IMG/VR virus record: IMGVR_UViG_3300024264_000039 | Span: 1 to 57,680 of that record | Strand: one strand, 5' to 3' | DNA: 57,680 nucleotides | DNA from: a virus | Lineage: Duplodnaviria > Caudoviricetes | Part shown: positions 46,636 through 55,390 of the stretch, piece by piece | Layout: each line of letters begins with the position of its first letter | How positions within the stretch are numbered: the stretch's first letter is position 1 | Notes under the pieces: model-generated | Databases searched by the model: none | Told to the model about the DNA's origin: nothing | What the model saw: the letters and a program-made list of their open reading frames with translations, nothing else | Position numbers and translations under genes: made by a program

Positions 46636-46738
46636 TATTTCCTTTCAAGGCTTGTTTTAAAACTGTTGTCCATGGGTTTAAATCTAAGTCCTTAGCACAT
46701 CCACTTAACAACAATAATATAATTAAAATTTTAATCAT
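46619..46738 (-). CDS. Small lipoprotein, not in the ORF track
   Basis: MIKILIILLLLSGCAKDLDLNPWTTVLKQALKGNNDKNK (39 aa) with lipobox LSGC. Confidence 0.6.
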   Translation of the reverse strand: MIKILIILLLLSGCAKDLDLNPWTTVLKQALKGNNDKNK

Positions 46739-47216
46739 TTATAAATTCTTCTCCAACCCTTAGATAATTTTTCCAATCATCCGGGTTACTGTCTCTTTTT
46801 TTATCATTACAAGCAACACAACAAAATATAATATTATCAGTGCGATACGTCAATCTTGGGTCATACCTATCTATACTAAAATTAGTTTTTGTTTGTCCTT
46901 GTCTGCCCTGGTATCCTTTACCTCTAGTTCCAAGTTTAGATTTAAATGTAAAAGGTTGTTCACAATATCTACAAATACGACCATCCGATTCTGGAAATTT
47001 TTCTTTCATAAGAATGATATGATTCATATACAATCTCCAAAATTCTTTCTTGTCCATTGATGGATCGGGTCTATGGCCACCATATTTTTCTATACTAGGT
47101 TTAAACTTTCTTGCAATGCAGGCCATTATATATCCACGTTCCGAGTTCATGTATGCAAAGTCCATCTCTGCTCTTTTCTGTAATACGTCAGGATGAGTAG
47201 GATCTTTGTAAGCCAC
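46731..47216 (-). CDS. HNH-like endonuclease
   Basis: CRYC...SIDR...N...CVACN zinc and beta-beta-alpha-metal motifs. Confidence 0.7.
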   Translation of the reverse strand: MAYKDPTHPDVLQKRAEMDFAYMNSERGYIMACIARKFKPSIEKYGGHRPDPSMDKKEFWRLYMNHIILMKEKFPESDGRICRYCEQPFTFKSKLGTRGKGYQGRQGQTKTNFSIDRYDPRLTYRTDNIIFCCVACNDKKRDSNPDDWKNYLRVGEEFIND

Positions 47217-47773
47217 TATATTTTTTTCTCTAGGCAGATTTTATTTTTTCCTTGGTCCAAGATATCAAAGTCGTAATACTTTAATATATCCCTAATTAGC
47301 TGCATATTATATTTAGGATAGTCATCAAAAATATAACGAGTCTTAGGTGCTGCACGATTCGCAAACCAAATACACTCAGTAATTACATCACGAGTCATGT
47401 GAGGACCATCGAAGTGTACCAATGCAAATCTCGAGTCCTGGTGGGCCCTGTCACTCATAAATTTAGTATCTGTATCATTATACAAAGTAAACTTACCTTG
47501 ATTACGATAAGGTTTAAAATCATGAAGCATAGTGTCTCTCATTTGATCTGTATAATCACAAGTATATTTACCCGTGTCATCGTAGTGTTGATACTCTAGA
47601 TTACCATAAGGATCGATACCAATATGAATGTAATTATTTTTTACATTATCCATAATAATTTTAGATCCCATACCTTCACGTACACCTATCTCAACTGACG
47701 CGAAACCATCACAATCAAAGTCCTTGGTCCATCGTTCTAATAACTCGTAGTCTGTGCTATCTCCTTTAATCAT
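47216..47773 (-). CDS. Class I SAM-dependent methyltransferase (Methyltransf_24-like)
   Basis: VEIGVREG-x-GS, GIDPY, VHFDGPH, DD motifs. Confidence 0.75.
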   Translation of the reverse strand: MIKGDSTDYELLERWTKDFDCDGFASVEIGVREGMGSKIIMDNVKNNYIHIGIDPYGNLEYQHYDDTGKYTCDYTDQMRDTMLHDFKPYRNQGKFTLYNDTDTKFMSDRAHQDSRFALVHFDGPHMTRDVITECIWFANRAAPKTRYIFDDYPKYNMQLIRDILKYYDFDILDQGKNKICLEKKI

Positions 47774-48195
47774 TATTCTGTTCCTTTTAATCTTTCCAAA
47801 GCTTGTTTATACGTCTCCATTATTTTTTCATGTTCACGAAAATATTTTTCAATGTCAGAATAACGCCATTGTTGTTTCTTCAAAATAACATCAAGAGATT
47901 CGATAGCTGCCTCTGAAGCATGGTTTAATACGTTATAGCTAAAGTTTGTTGCGATATCTTCCATTCTTTTAGGAAGTTGTTTCTCGGTCATACCTAAACG
48001 TAGTCCCATTAAACTTAAATTTTCTTTAACTTCATTTAATGACTTTCTACCAAAGTTAGGCATTCTAAGTAGTTCGCCTTCAGTTTTTAAGACAAGATCT
48101 CTTATTGTTGTTATATCAGGAGCATGACATAAAAAGGCGTTGTATGCTCTGACATTCATTTCTAGTTCTGTTATTTTTTGTTCTATTGGTTCCAT
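47773..48195 (-). CDS. RNA polymerase alpha-subunit C-terminal-domain protein
   Basis: [12 protein letters not shown]...[33 protein letters not shown]-x-x-MGLRLGM closely follows RpoA-CTD; followed by a helical extension of about 70 aa. Confidence 0.88.
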   Translation of the reverse strand: MEPIEQKITELEMNVRAYNAFLCHAPDITTIRDLVLKTEGELLRMPNFGRKSLNEVKENLSLMGLRLGMTEKQLPKRMEDIATNFSYNVLNHASEAAIESLDVILKKQQWRYSDIEKYFREHEKIMETYKQALERLKGTE

Positions 48196-48413
48196 TAGTT
48201 TCCTTTCACATATAGTTTAGATCGAAGTGATCTAATTTCTTCGGTTAGTTTTTCATTATGTTTGTGTAGTTTATCATTCCTAAACTCTAGAATTTCTATT
48301 CGTTTAGTAAGATCTGCAGGACCCCGGTCATCAACCGGAGTCTTATTCTTTTTTTCCATTTCTAGTTTTTCAACTAATTCATGGTATTTTTTTATATCTT
48401 CTTCACTCATCAT
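48195..48413 (-). CDS. Hypothetical coiled-coil protein
   Basis: 72 aa, coupled to neighbours. Confidence 0.6.
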   Translation of the reverse strand: MMSEEDIKKYHELVEKLEMEKKNKTPVDDRGPADLTKRIEILEFRNDKLHKHNEKLTEEIRSLRSKLYVKGN

Positions 48414-48592
48414 ATTTGGTATTTCATCAACGCATTAAATTTTTTAAGTTGATGCTCCGAAATATCTTGTAAAGCTTTGGTTTGGTTATAAATCTCACGA
48501 GCCTCTAAAAGTTTGTTCGTATTTTCTTTGTCAAAATTTTTAGCCTTGTTTTGACTTATAACCTCCAAATGTTCTTCTCTAAGTTCCGTCAC
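48410..48592 (-). CDS. Hypothetical protein
   Basis: 60 aa, GTGA and ATGA coupling. Confidence 0.55.
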   Translation of the reverse strand: MTELREEHLEVISQNKAKNFDKENTNKLLEAREIYNQTKALQDISEHQLKKFNALMKYQI

Positions 48593-48825
48593 GATGCTTT
48601 TTTTGTTTCTGCCTCATCAGTTAAGAGTAAAGGTTGTTTCGTAAAGTCAAAGGCATCATCTGCATTAATTAAAATTTGAATGCTATTATCAGAGTCTTCT
48701 GATTCTAACATTTCTGATGCTACTTTAAACTTCATAGCTTCTTCGTAACTTTCCGCTTCTTTAATTACACTTACACAATCATTTGCATGCCTAAAGTGTA
48801 TTCTTTTTACTACAGTATATTTCAT
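48589..48825 (-). CDS. Hypothetical protein
   Basis: 78 aa, AGGAG RBS. Confidence 0.65.
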   Translation of the reverse strand: MKYTVVKRIHFRHANDCVSVIKEAESYEEAMKFKVASEMLESEDSDNSIQILINADDAFDFTKQPLLLTDEAETKKAS

Positions 48826-48843
48826 ACTTTCTCCTGTATTGGT

Positions 48844-49014
48844 TTATTTAAGTTTGCCATTTAAACGTTTGGCTTCTTTGTTTACTAGAATAGTTACCAC
48901 CTGCGCTCTCGATACTTCGGGATCATCAGGTACTAACACTTTTCTAATTTTGTCAATCTTCGCATACGTCTCTTTTTTAATAGAGATGTTTTTGTATTTG
49001 CTAAAATCAGTCAT
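48844..49014 (-). CDS. Ribbon-helix-helix DNA-binding protein, not in the ORF track
   Basis: MTDFSKYKNISIKKETYAKIDKIRKVLVPDDPEVSRAQVVTILVNKEAKRLNGKLK (56 aa): strand, helix, S-capped helix; AAAGGA RBS. Confidence 0.65.
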   Translation of the reverse strand: MTDFSKYKNISIKKETYAKIDKIRKVLVPDDPEVSRAQVVTILVNKEAKRLNGKLK

Positions 49015-49046
49015 CTGTTATATCCTTTCATTTTTAATATAAGGAT

Positions 49047-49075
49047 ATCCTACAAAATATTGTTCTTTGTGTCAA
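49047..49075 (-). promoter_or_regulatory. Sigma70 promoter of the RHH operon overlapping an AGGATATCCT palindrome
   Basis: TTGACA-17 nt-TAGGAT with TG extension. Confidence 0.55.
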
Positions 49076-49083
49076 TAATTATC

Positions 49084-49302
49084 TTAAATAATTTTATCGG
49101 GTTTGCATGAAAATTTAGTATAGGCTTTTATACTATTTGTCCATTCTGGGTCAAAACTTGTGATTAGTTTATGTGAGTAATCATAGCCATAAACGATACA
49201 ACTATTATAATCTTCAAATAATACTTGAGGAGTGGGTATAATTTTACACCGATCAGCTGCAAATTCACTGCATAAAACCATCAACAAAACTACTTTAATC
49301 AC
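49084..49302 (-). CDS. Small secreted or membrane Cys-containing protein
   Basis: Hydrophobic N-terminus, four Cys. Confidence 0.55.
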   Translation of the reverse strand: MIKVVLLMVLCSEFAADRCKIIPTPQVLFEDYNSCIVYGYDYSHKLITSFDPEWTNSIKAYTKFSCKPDKII

Positions 49303-49433
49303 TACCCTTGGCCTTTGTAGCGCTTAGTATTTTTTTGACGTTTTTCATTTTTGTTTAATGATTTCTTGTGTTGACGAGGCCCTCTTTTCTTAGGCTTATC
49401 TCGAACTACAAAGTCTTTAAATTTTCTAGCCAT
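49302..49433 (-). CDS. Very basic peptide, not in the ORF track
   Basis: MARKFKDFVVRDKPRKRGPRQHKKSLNKNEKRQKNTKRYKGQG (43 aa); coupled at both ends. Confidence 0.55.
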   Translation of the reverse strand: MARKFKDFVVRDKPKKRGPRQHKKSLNKNEKRQKNTKRYKGQG

Positions 49434-49657
49434 TATTTTATATAGTTATCTTTTATCCATTTTTTATCAGACTCATCTAATTTTAAATATCTGATAGAGC
49501 CATTGATATGCTGCTTTGTATCATGACCACAATTAGTACATCTATAAAATTCTGTAACAATAGCAACTAAAATACTTTCTTCGTTACACTCTTCACAAAT
49601 ACCGCAGACAGTATCTATTTTATGAAAGACTTTAAATTTATCCAACGACTTTACCAT
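49433..49657 (-). CDS. Zinc-ribbon protein
   Basis: CEEC...CTNC; start likely MVKS at 49657. Confidence 0.6.
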   Translation of the reverse strand: MVKSLDKFKVFHKIDTVCGICEECNEESILVAIVTEFYRCTNCGHDTKQHINGSIRYLKLDESDKKWIKDNYIK

Positions 49658-50123
49658 CCTTCCATTCCATATCAGGAAGACCTTCAGTGTATTTTTTGCC
49701 GTCAAAAGTTAATACTTGTTTTCTGTTTGCACCAGATTCGTGATAGCTTATGTGGACCCACCCACCTGCAGGATCTTCGGGATCAAAATACTCCATGATG
49801 AGCTGATCAAAATCGACGTTATTTTGTAGCCAGTAAGCTGTCTGAATGTTGGGCACACCAAATATTTCTAGGTCAACCGCCTGGCCCTTCGCATGTTGCG
49901 ATGTCTTTTTGCTGCCGATTGCTTCACACAGCGCCTCGCTTCGGTAGCCGCTGGTAATCGTAACTGGCTTGTCAAAGTGTGCACGTAGCGGTTCAAGAAC
50001 TTCATAACATAAGTCACCTAAACTTTTAATCTCTCCAGCGCCTGGAGTATTGTCAATACCTTTCCGCGTCGCTGTCATCGACTTGATCATCTCTTTAAGA
50101 GTGAAGTGTTTACTCAACTGCAT
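49638..50123 (-). CDS. Peptidase M15 family protein, probable endolysin
   Basis: LSKHFTL-x-E, SGYR, SQH-x-x-GQAVD, WVHIS zinc-peptidase motifs. Confidence 0.88.
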   Translation of the reverse strand: MQLSKHFTLKEMIKSMTATRKGIDNTPGAGEIKSLGDLCYEVLEPLRAHFDKPVTITSGYRSEALCEAIGSKKTSQHAKGQAVDLEIFGVPNIQTAYWLQNNVDFDQLIMEYFDPEDPAGGWVHISYHESGANRKQVLTFDGKKYTEGLPDMEWKDGKVVG

Positions 50124-50133
50124 AATTTTTCTC

Positions 50134-50352
50134 CTATTCTAATATTAACTTTTTTATCGACAAAGATCCATCAATGTTTGACTCAAGTTCAGCCATAGAT
50201 TTTATACATTGATACTTGACATGTCCTTCAGGTTTTGTTCCACGCTTTGCAATCCTCTTACCTTTTAAACAATCAGACATAGACGGTTGTATACGTGCTT
50301 CCTTGATCTCTCCTTGTACAATCATAAGTAATGCTACCACTAACTCTGTCAT
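50134..50352 (-). CDS. Hypothetical protein
   Basis: 72 aa, CL...C motif. Confidence 0.6.
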   Translation of the reverse strand: MTELVVALLMIVQGEIKEARIQPSMSDCLKGKRIAKRGTKPEGHVKYQCIKSMAELESNIDGSLSIKKLILE

Positions 50353-50732
50353 TAATGGGCTCCATTACCATTGGCTCTTACTTTATCTTTTAAATCTTCA
50401 ATATCTTTTAATGCTTTTTCTAATTGATCTCTTAAAAATTCTATATTAACTTTGTTAGTCATGTTCATCTCTTGAGTCTCTTCCATCTTCTCTACAGACT
50501 TGTACAAATCTTCGAGTAAAAAATGTTGCTCCTGGTCCACGGGGACTTGTTCACTTTTTTTAAGTAAATCATTTTCAAACAACTCACGTGAAGTCTCTAA
50601 CGATACCAACCTCGAGGTCAGCTCCGTATATCCGAGCACGCCCATCGCGACGAGCACGATCAGCGATGCTACCGTCTTCATCGGCATCTGCACGCGTGCC
50701 TCTTCTCCGATGTTTAATGGTTTGTTGCTCAT
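50352..50732 (-). CDS. N-terminal TM plus coiled-coil protein (possibly spanin-like)
   Basis: Single TM segment then coiled coil; upstream of the M15 peptidase. Confidence 0.5.
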   Translation of the reverse strand: MSNKPLNIGEEARVQMPMKTVASLIVLVAMGVLGYTELTSRLVSLETSRELFENDLLKKSEQVPVDQEQHFLLEDLYKSVEKMEETQEMNMTNKVNIEFLRDQLEKALKDIEDLKDKVRANGNGAH

Positions 50733-50830
50733 TTAGGTACGTACCCTGGCTCTACAAAGAAAGCCATTAGAATTAATAATATAATTAATATTCCTGTAAA
50801 ATAATAATTCATTCCTTTGATGCTCCATAA

Positions 50831-50989
50831 TTATCTTGTCCAAAAAAGTAATCTTTTTAAAAATTGTTTTATTTTTTTAATTATGTTTATTTTTTCTTGT
50901 GTTATTTCCCAAACACAATCACAAAAAGAACATTGTGCAATTCCTCTATGTCTATGTCCACAATCTATACATATACCATTATTAATCAT
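50831..50989 (-). CDS. Small Cys-rich protein, not in the ORF track
   Basis: MINNGICIDCGHRHRGIAQCSFCDCVWEITQEKINIIKKIKQFLKRLLFWTR (52 aa), GAGGAG RBS. Confidence 0.5.
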   Translation of the reverse strand: MINNGICIDCGHRHRGIAQCSFCDCVWEITQEKINIIKKIKQFLKRLLFWTR

Positions 50990-51638
50990 TTTTTTTCTCC
51001 TCAATCTCATAAAAGAAATTGTCTGTGTCTTCTGTTTTCCATTTACCCGTGTCCTCTACGTTCCATTCGTTCGTTTGAACTTTCCAATCAGGAATGTTGT
51101 CCTTAACTGTAAATGAAGGTAGGTCCCAAATACATCTATTGTTTGGTTGGGCTGCATAGTTGCCATCGTCTAAAGCAATTATGTGAGCGCACTTATGTTC
51201 GTGCGGTATTTCCGAATGATCGGTATCAACTATATTACTATCTGGGTGAGCCCAGTCAATAGTAAATAAATAACTACCGTGGTGCCATTTTTTATCTTTA
51301 CCAATGTACTTTCCTGAAGCTGCGCTTAAAATAGACCAATGAGTAACAGCAGGATAATAACTAAAAGAATTCCAAAGTTCCAATTCATCAAGTCTCGGGG
51401 ATGGAACAGACTCGGGTTCATAACCACGTTGAATAAAAGCCGTAATTGGGAGACGATAAAAGATTGCACCATTTTCCATAAGCGCATGCCATAAGATAGC
51501 ACGACCTCCCATAGAGGTAATACCAAAGATAATACAGTCTTCAACTTCTCCGTGATGTTTTTTACAGTCATATAAATACTCCCTTCGTATTTGTGCATAT
51601 GTTGGTGGTATGTTTGCATTTAAATAAGCCATAATCAA
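50982..51638 (-). CDS. Hypothetical phage protein
   Basis: 218 aa; YLFTIDW, EHKC-x-H, QPNNR motifs; directly after polA. Confidence 0.75.
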   Translation of the reverse strand: MIMAYLNANIPPTYAQIRREYLYDCKKHHGEVEDCIIFGITSMGGRAILWHALMENGAIFYRLPITAFIQRGYEPESVPSPRLDELELWNSFSYYPAVTHWSILSAASGKYIGKDKKWHHGSYLFTIDWAHPDSNIVDTDHSEIPHEHKCAHIIALDDGNYAAQPNNRCIWDLPSFTVKDNIPDWKVQTNEWNVEDTGKWKTEDTDNFFYEIEEKKND

Positions 51639-53491
51639 CCATTAATATCCCCCCAAGTGTTTGCTAATTCGCAGTCTACTTTGTTGGGGACTTCTAAAGT
51701 AACTGCATCCTGCATGATCTCAACAATTTTATCTGCTTGTTCTTGATCCTTTACAGAAATACAAAGTTCATCATGAATTTGTACGTGGGCTACTATACCA
51801 TTTTTATATAAATCTAACATTGCCTTTTTTGTCATATCAGCTGCACTACCTTGAATTAATTTATTTAAAGATTTGTAAGTAAATGCTCTTCTAATCCCTG
51901 GTCCATGTTCCTGTAATGCATCTTCATGAGGTAATGCTTTATGCATACCGAATTGATTGGGCTCCCATAAATGAAACCTACACAATCGTCCCAAGAGAGT
52001 TCGAATTTGACCACGCTCTTGGGCACGATTGGAAGCACTATTCATTAACTGCTTAACGAAGGGAACTTTAGCGTGGTATTGATCGAACAATTCTGCTGCT
52101 TTGTCTTTTGATACACCAAGTTCGGCCTGAAGTTTCGCTTTACCCATACCATAAAATAATCCAAGGTTAATTACCTTGGCCTGTGATCTTGGAATCTTTG
52201 CCATGTCTGCTACAACCTGGTGAAAGTCTGTTGAAGTATCATTTTCATAATTATCTATTACATCATTAACTGATGGAAATTTATGTAAAGCTGCATAATG
52301 CACTACCAACCTAGGCTCTTGCTGAGAATAGTCAAAACTACCCCATCTATGGCCTTTCTCGGGTATAAATATGGACCTAATTAAAGGTCCAAGATCCTTA
52401 TTTCTAGCTGGAAGCTGCTGTAAATTCGGGTTTGAATAACTGAATCTGCCTGTTACAGTTCCGCCTTGATCGGATCGTATTTGATTTATATCAGCATGGA
52501 TACGACCTTTATGTTCATGTTTAATTATGGTATCTATAAACGTAGTATGAGCCTTATTAGTTTCCCTAGCCTTAGCAATCATTCTAACCACAGGATGTTC
52601 ATGATTAGAAATAAAATTTTTAGTAAAGGATGGTGCCTGTGATTTTGCAGTTCTTTCGTATGGTAAACCAAGTTTATCAAAAACTTTGGCAACACTTCTT
52701 GCAGCCATTAATTGAACATCTATTCCTGTTTCTTTTTTTATTTGGTGGAGTAATGTTTCTTCTTGTGATGTTAATTGTTGCTTCAATTTATGAGCTCTTT
52801 CAACGTCCACTCTCACCCCAAGAAATCTCATGTCTACCAGACAAGGAAACAGATCTGTCTCGAGTTCAAAAATAGATTCAACATCTTGGTGTAGTAATTC
52901 TTTTTTAAATATTTGCCAAAGCTCTAATGTAAGCTCTGCATCTTTTTCCGCGTAAGATCCAACATACATTGCTGGCAGTTGCCACATATCTGCTTTAGGA
53001 TCTAATCCTCTAGACTTTGCTTCTTCATTCAATGCTGATTCGTTTTTACCATGACCTAAGTAATCCCAAGACAAACTATTTAAATCAAATCTAAATCTGT
53101 TCTCATCAATCAGTGATGCTGCAATCATAGTGTCTACTATCTGTCCATTAATCTTAAGACCCATAGATCTAATCCAACAGACATCATACATTGCATTGTG
53201 AAATATTTTTATAGCATCAGACTCACAAATGTCTTTAAACCACTCTAAAGTTTTTTTACGATCCATGTTTGGCCCGGATCCGTGAGCAATTGGAAAATAA
53301 AATTTTCTACCAGGTACAGCAACCGCAATACCAACTACTTCACCATTACCAATGATAGCACCACTACCTTTAGATTTTAAATCAGGATCTCTTGTCTCTA
53401 AGTCAATTGCAATCTCGTCGTATTTTCTTAGATCCGGATACTCTTCGGGTTCATTCCATTCTGTCTGTGCTTCAAATAGAGGTACCTTCAT
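51635..53491 (-). CDS. polA: DNA polymerase family A with 3'-5' exonuclease domain
   Basis: DLET, HNAMYD and YAEKD exonuclease motifs; TGRFS, DYSQQEPR motif A, KVINLGLFYG motif B (Leu762), QIHDEL motif C. Confidence 0.96.
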   Translation of the reverse strand: MKVPLFEAQTEWNEPEEYPDLRKYDEIAIDLETRDPDLKSKGSGAIIGNGEVVGIAVAVPGRKFYFPIAHGSGPNMDRKKTLEWFKDICESDAIKIFHNAMYDVCWIRSMGLKINGQIVDTMIAASLIDENRFRFDLNSLSWDYLGHGKNESALNEEAKSRGLDPKADMWQLPAMYVGSYAEKDAELTLELWQIFKKELLHQDVESIFELETDLFPCLVDMRFLGVRVDVERAHKLKQQLTSQEETLLHQIKKETGIDVQLMAARSVAKVFDKLGLPYERTAKSQAPSFTKNFISNHEHPVVRMIAKARETNKAHTTFIDTIIKHEHKGRIHADINQIRSDQGGTVTGRFSYSNPNLQQLPARNKDLGPLIRSIFIPEKGHRWGSFDYSQQEPRLVVHYAALHKFPSVNDVIDNYENDTSTDFHQVVADMAKIPRSQAKVINLGLFYGMGKAKLQAELGVSKDKAAELFDQYHAKVPFVKQLMNSASNRAQERGQIRTLLGRLCRFHLWEPNQFGMHKALPHEDALQEHGPGIRRAFTYKSLNKLIQGSAADMTKKAMLDLYKNGIVAHVQIHDELCISVKDQEQADKIVEIMQDAVTLEVPNKVDCELANTWGDING

Positions 53492-53685
53492 TTTTTTACC
53501 TCGTATATATATTTATTTTCTACTATCTTATTTAATCTATCTTTATTACTGAATGCAAATAAAGCTGCGCTATAATCATGGGGAAATATTTCCCATCCAA
53601 TTTTATCTTTAAACCCTAGATAAATTTCTAAGTTAAACTTGTTTTTAGCAACTTCAATTGTTTTTTTGATAGTTGATTTTGCCAT
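53488..53685 (-). CDS. Hypothetical protein
   Basis: 65 aa, coupled to polA. Confidence 0.6.
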   Translation of the reverse strand: MAKSTIKKTIEVAKNKFNLEIYLGFKDKIGWEIFPHDYSAALFAFSNKDRLNKIVENKYIYEVKK

Positions 53686-53933
53686 TACTTTTTCTTTTTT
53701 AGATCATTAATTTTTAACATCTCTAACTGACAATAGTGTATTATCTTTTTAATATCTTCTATTCCACCTTTTCGTTGATAACGACAAACGTACTTAATAA
53801 CGTTGCCCTGAAAAAATGATAAATCATTTTTAGAAATAAACTCATAAGGTTGAATAAGAAACTTTGTGTAGTGATTCCCGCCTACTTGAGTGTATTGTGG
53901 AAATGATTCTTTAAATATATCTTTATCTGTCAT
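53685..53933 (-). CDS. DUF3310-like protein
   Basis: QVGGNHY...GNVIKYVCRY-x-x-KGG-x-ED-x-x-K motif; start at MTDK. Confidence 0.8.
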   Translation of the reverse strand: MTDKDIFKESFPQYTQVGGNHYTKFLIQPYEFISKNDLSFFQGNVIKYVCRYQRKGGIEDIKKIIHYCQLEMLKINDLKKKK

Positions 53934-55390
53934 AGTTGATATCCCTTTCGTTCTATTTTTGCTCTCATTAAATATAAATTTCTTTTTGCTCTCGTGCAAC
54001 CTACATACCATACTCTGTGCTCTTCGTCACGCTTTATTATACTTTTCGTTGTAGCTTCTCTTATTTTTTTAGCATTATCTAATACTAAAATTACGTTTTC
54101 ACATTCACCACCTTTTGCAGCATGAATAGTAGATACTTTGATTCGTGCTTCATCATTTAATTTTTCTTTATTTGATAGCATTAATCTTATGTAAATTTTA
54201 TCTTCTGCGGAGGCGTTGTCAAAACATTCAAACCATTTTAAATTATAATTCATTCTATCTTTTATAAGTTCTCTATTTCCTAAATATTCTATTATATCTG
54301 CCCTGGCTGTGTCAGTTATTGTTTCACCATTTAACCATTTATTGTGATTAACAATTGCTTTGTAAAGTTTAGTGTTGTAACTTTTTTGATGTCTGTTTTC
54401 ATAGTACAAACCTTTTACTTTTAAAAGATCACATACTTCTTTTGCCCTAGATAAAGTTCGAGTTAGTATTAACCAGTTGTCCTGGTGAAGATCTACATTT
54501 TCTAAACTATTGATTTTACTACACAATCCTTCTTCATCTCTCGGTAAATAATTTTTAGTTGCTCTAAGTCCTGCAATTCGTGCGGTAATAATTTCTGATA
54601 CATCTTGTACTGCTTTTGGAATTCTTCTTGATCTTGATAATACTTTTTCTGTAGCGGGTTCTTGAATGAATCTATCAACATCTGCACCTGCCCAACCGTA
54701 GATTGCTTGGTCATCATCCCCGGCTAAATAAATATTTTTTGATTTAGATTTTAATATGTCATAAAATTTCCATTGTATAGGTGATAGATCCTGCGCTTCA
54801 TCAATAAAAACCACATCAAAGTTTGGAATTTTATTTGGTTGTTGTACAATATCGTGAATCATATCTGTAAAGTCTACTAAGTTATTTATGTCTGGATGCT
54901 TGTAATGATTGTAGTTTGCTTCAATATGTTTTAACAAATCAGGTTTTACATTTGTTGAATGTTCACCAGTACAATATTCATCCCATACTGAAATATTTTT
55001 TTCTTTTGCTTTTAAAATAATTTGAAAGTATTCATTATCGCAGGTTAAGTAAGGTGAGGCATCAGCATCTTTTTTAGCATTGACCCTTATACTTAATTGT
55101 TTTCCAAGATCATTGTAATGATAGTCTTGCATAACGTTTTCTTCTCTAAGTCCTAAACTATGAAAAGCTAATGAGTGTAATGTTTGAAAGTATCTAAGTT
55201 GTTTCTTTTTATACTCAGGATTTTTCTTGAGCATTCTATCTCTTGCTTCATGAGCTGCTTTACGAGTAAATGCAAAGTAACCTATTTTGCTTACTGGAGT
55301 ACCTACTCTTATGTAAGCCATGGCTCTTCGAATTAATTTTTCTGTCTTCCCTGTACCTGGAGGGCCATATATCTTTGTAACCTTTGTCAT
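53930..55390 (-). CDS. SF1 UvrD/Rep-like helicase
   Basis: GPPGTGKT, AFT-x-x-AA, TLHS, DEAQD, GDDDQAIY, TIHAAKG-x-E, YVG-x-TRA motifs. Confidence 0.93.
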   Translation of the reverse strand: MTKVTKIYGPPGTGKTEKLIRRAMAYIRVGTPVSKIGYFAFTRKAAHEARDRMLKKNPEYKKKQLRYFQTLHSLAFHSLGLREENVMQDYHYNDLGKQLSIRVNAKKDADASPYLTCDNEYFQIILKAKEKNISVWDEYCTGEHSTNVKPDLLKHIEANYNHYKHPDINNLVDFTDMIHDIVQQPNKIPNFDVVFIDEAQDLSPIQWKFYDILKSKSKNIYLAGDDDQAIYGWAGADVDRFIQEPATEKVLSRSRRIPKAVQDVSEIITARIAGLRATKNYLPRDEEGLCSKINSLENVDLHQDNWLILTRTLSRAKEVCDLLKVKGLYYENRHQKSYNTKLYKAIVNHNKWLNGETITDTARADIIEYLGNRELIKDRMNYNLKWFECFDNASAEDKIYIRLMLSNKEKLNDEARIKVSTIHAAKGGECENVILVLDNAKKIREATTKSIIKRDEEHRVWYVGCTRAKRNLYLMRAKIERKGYQL

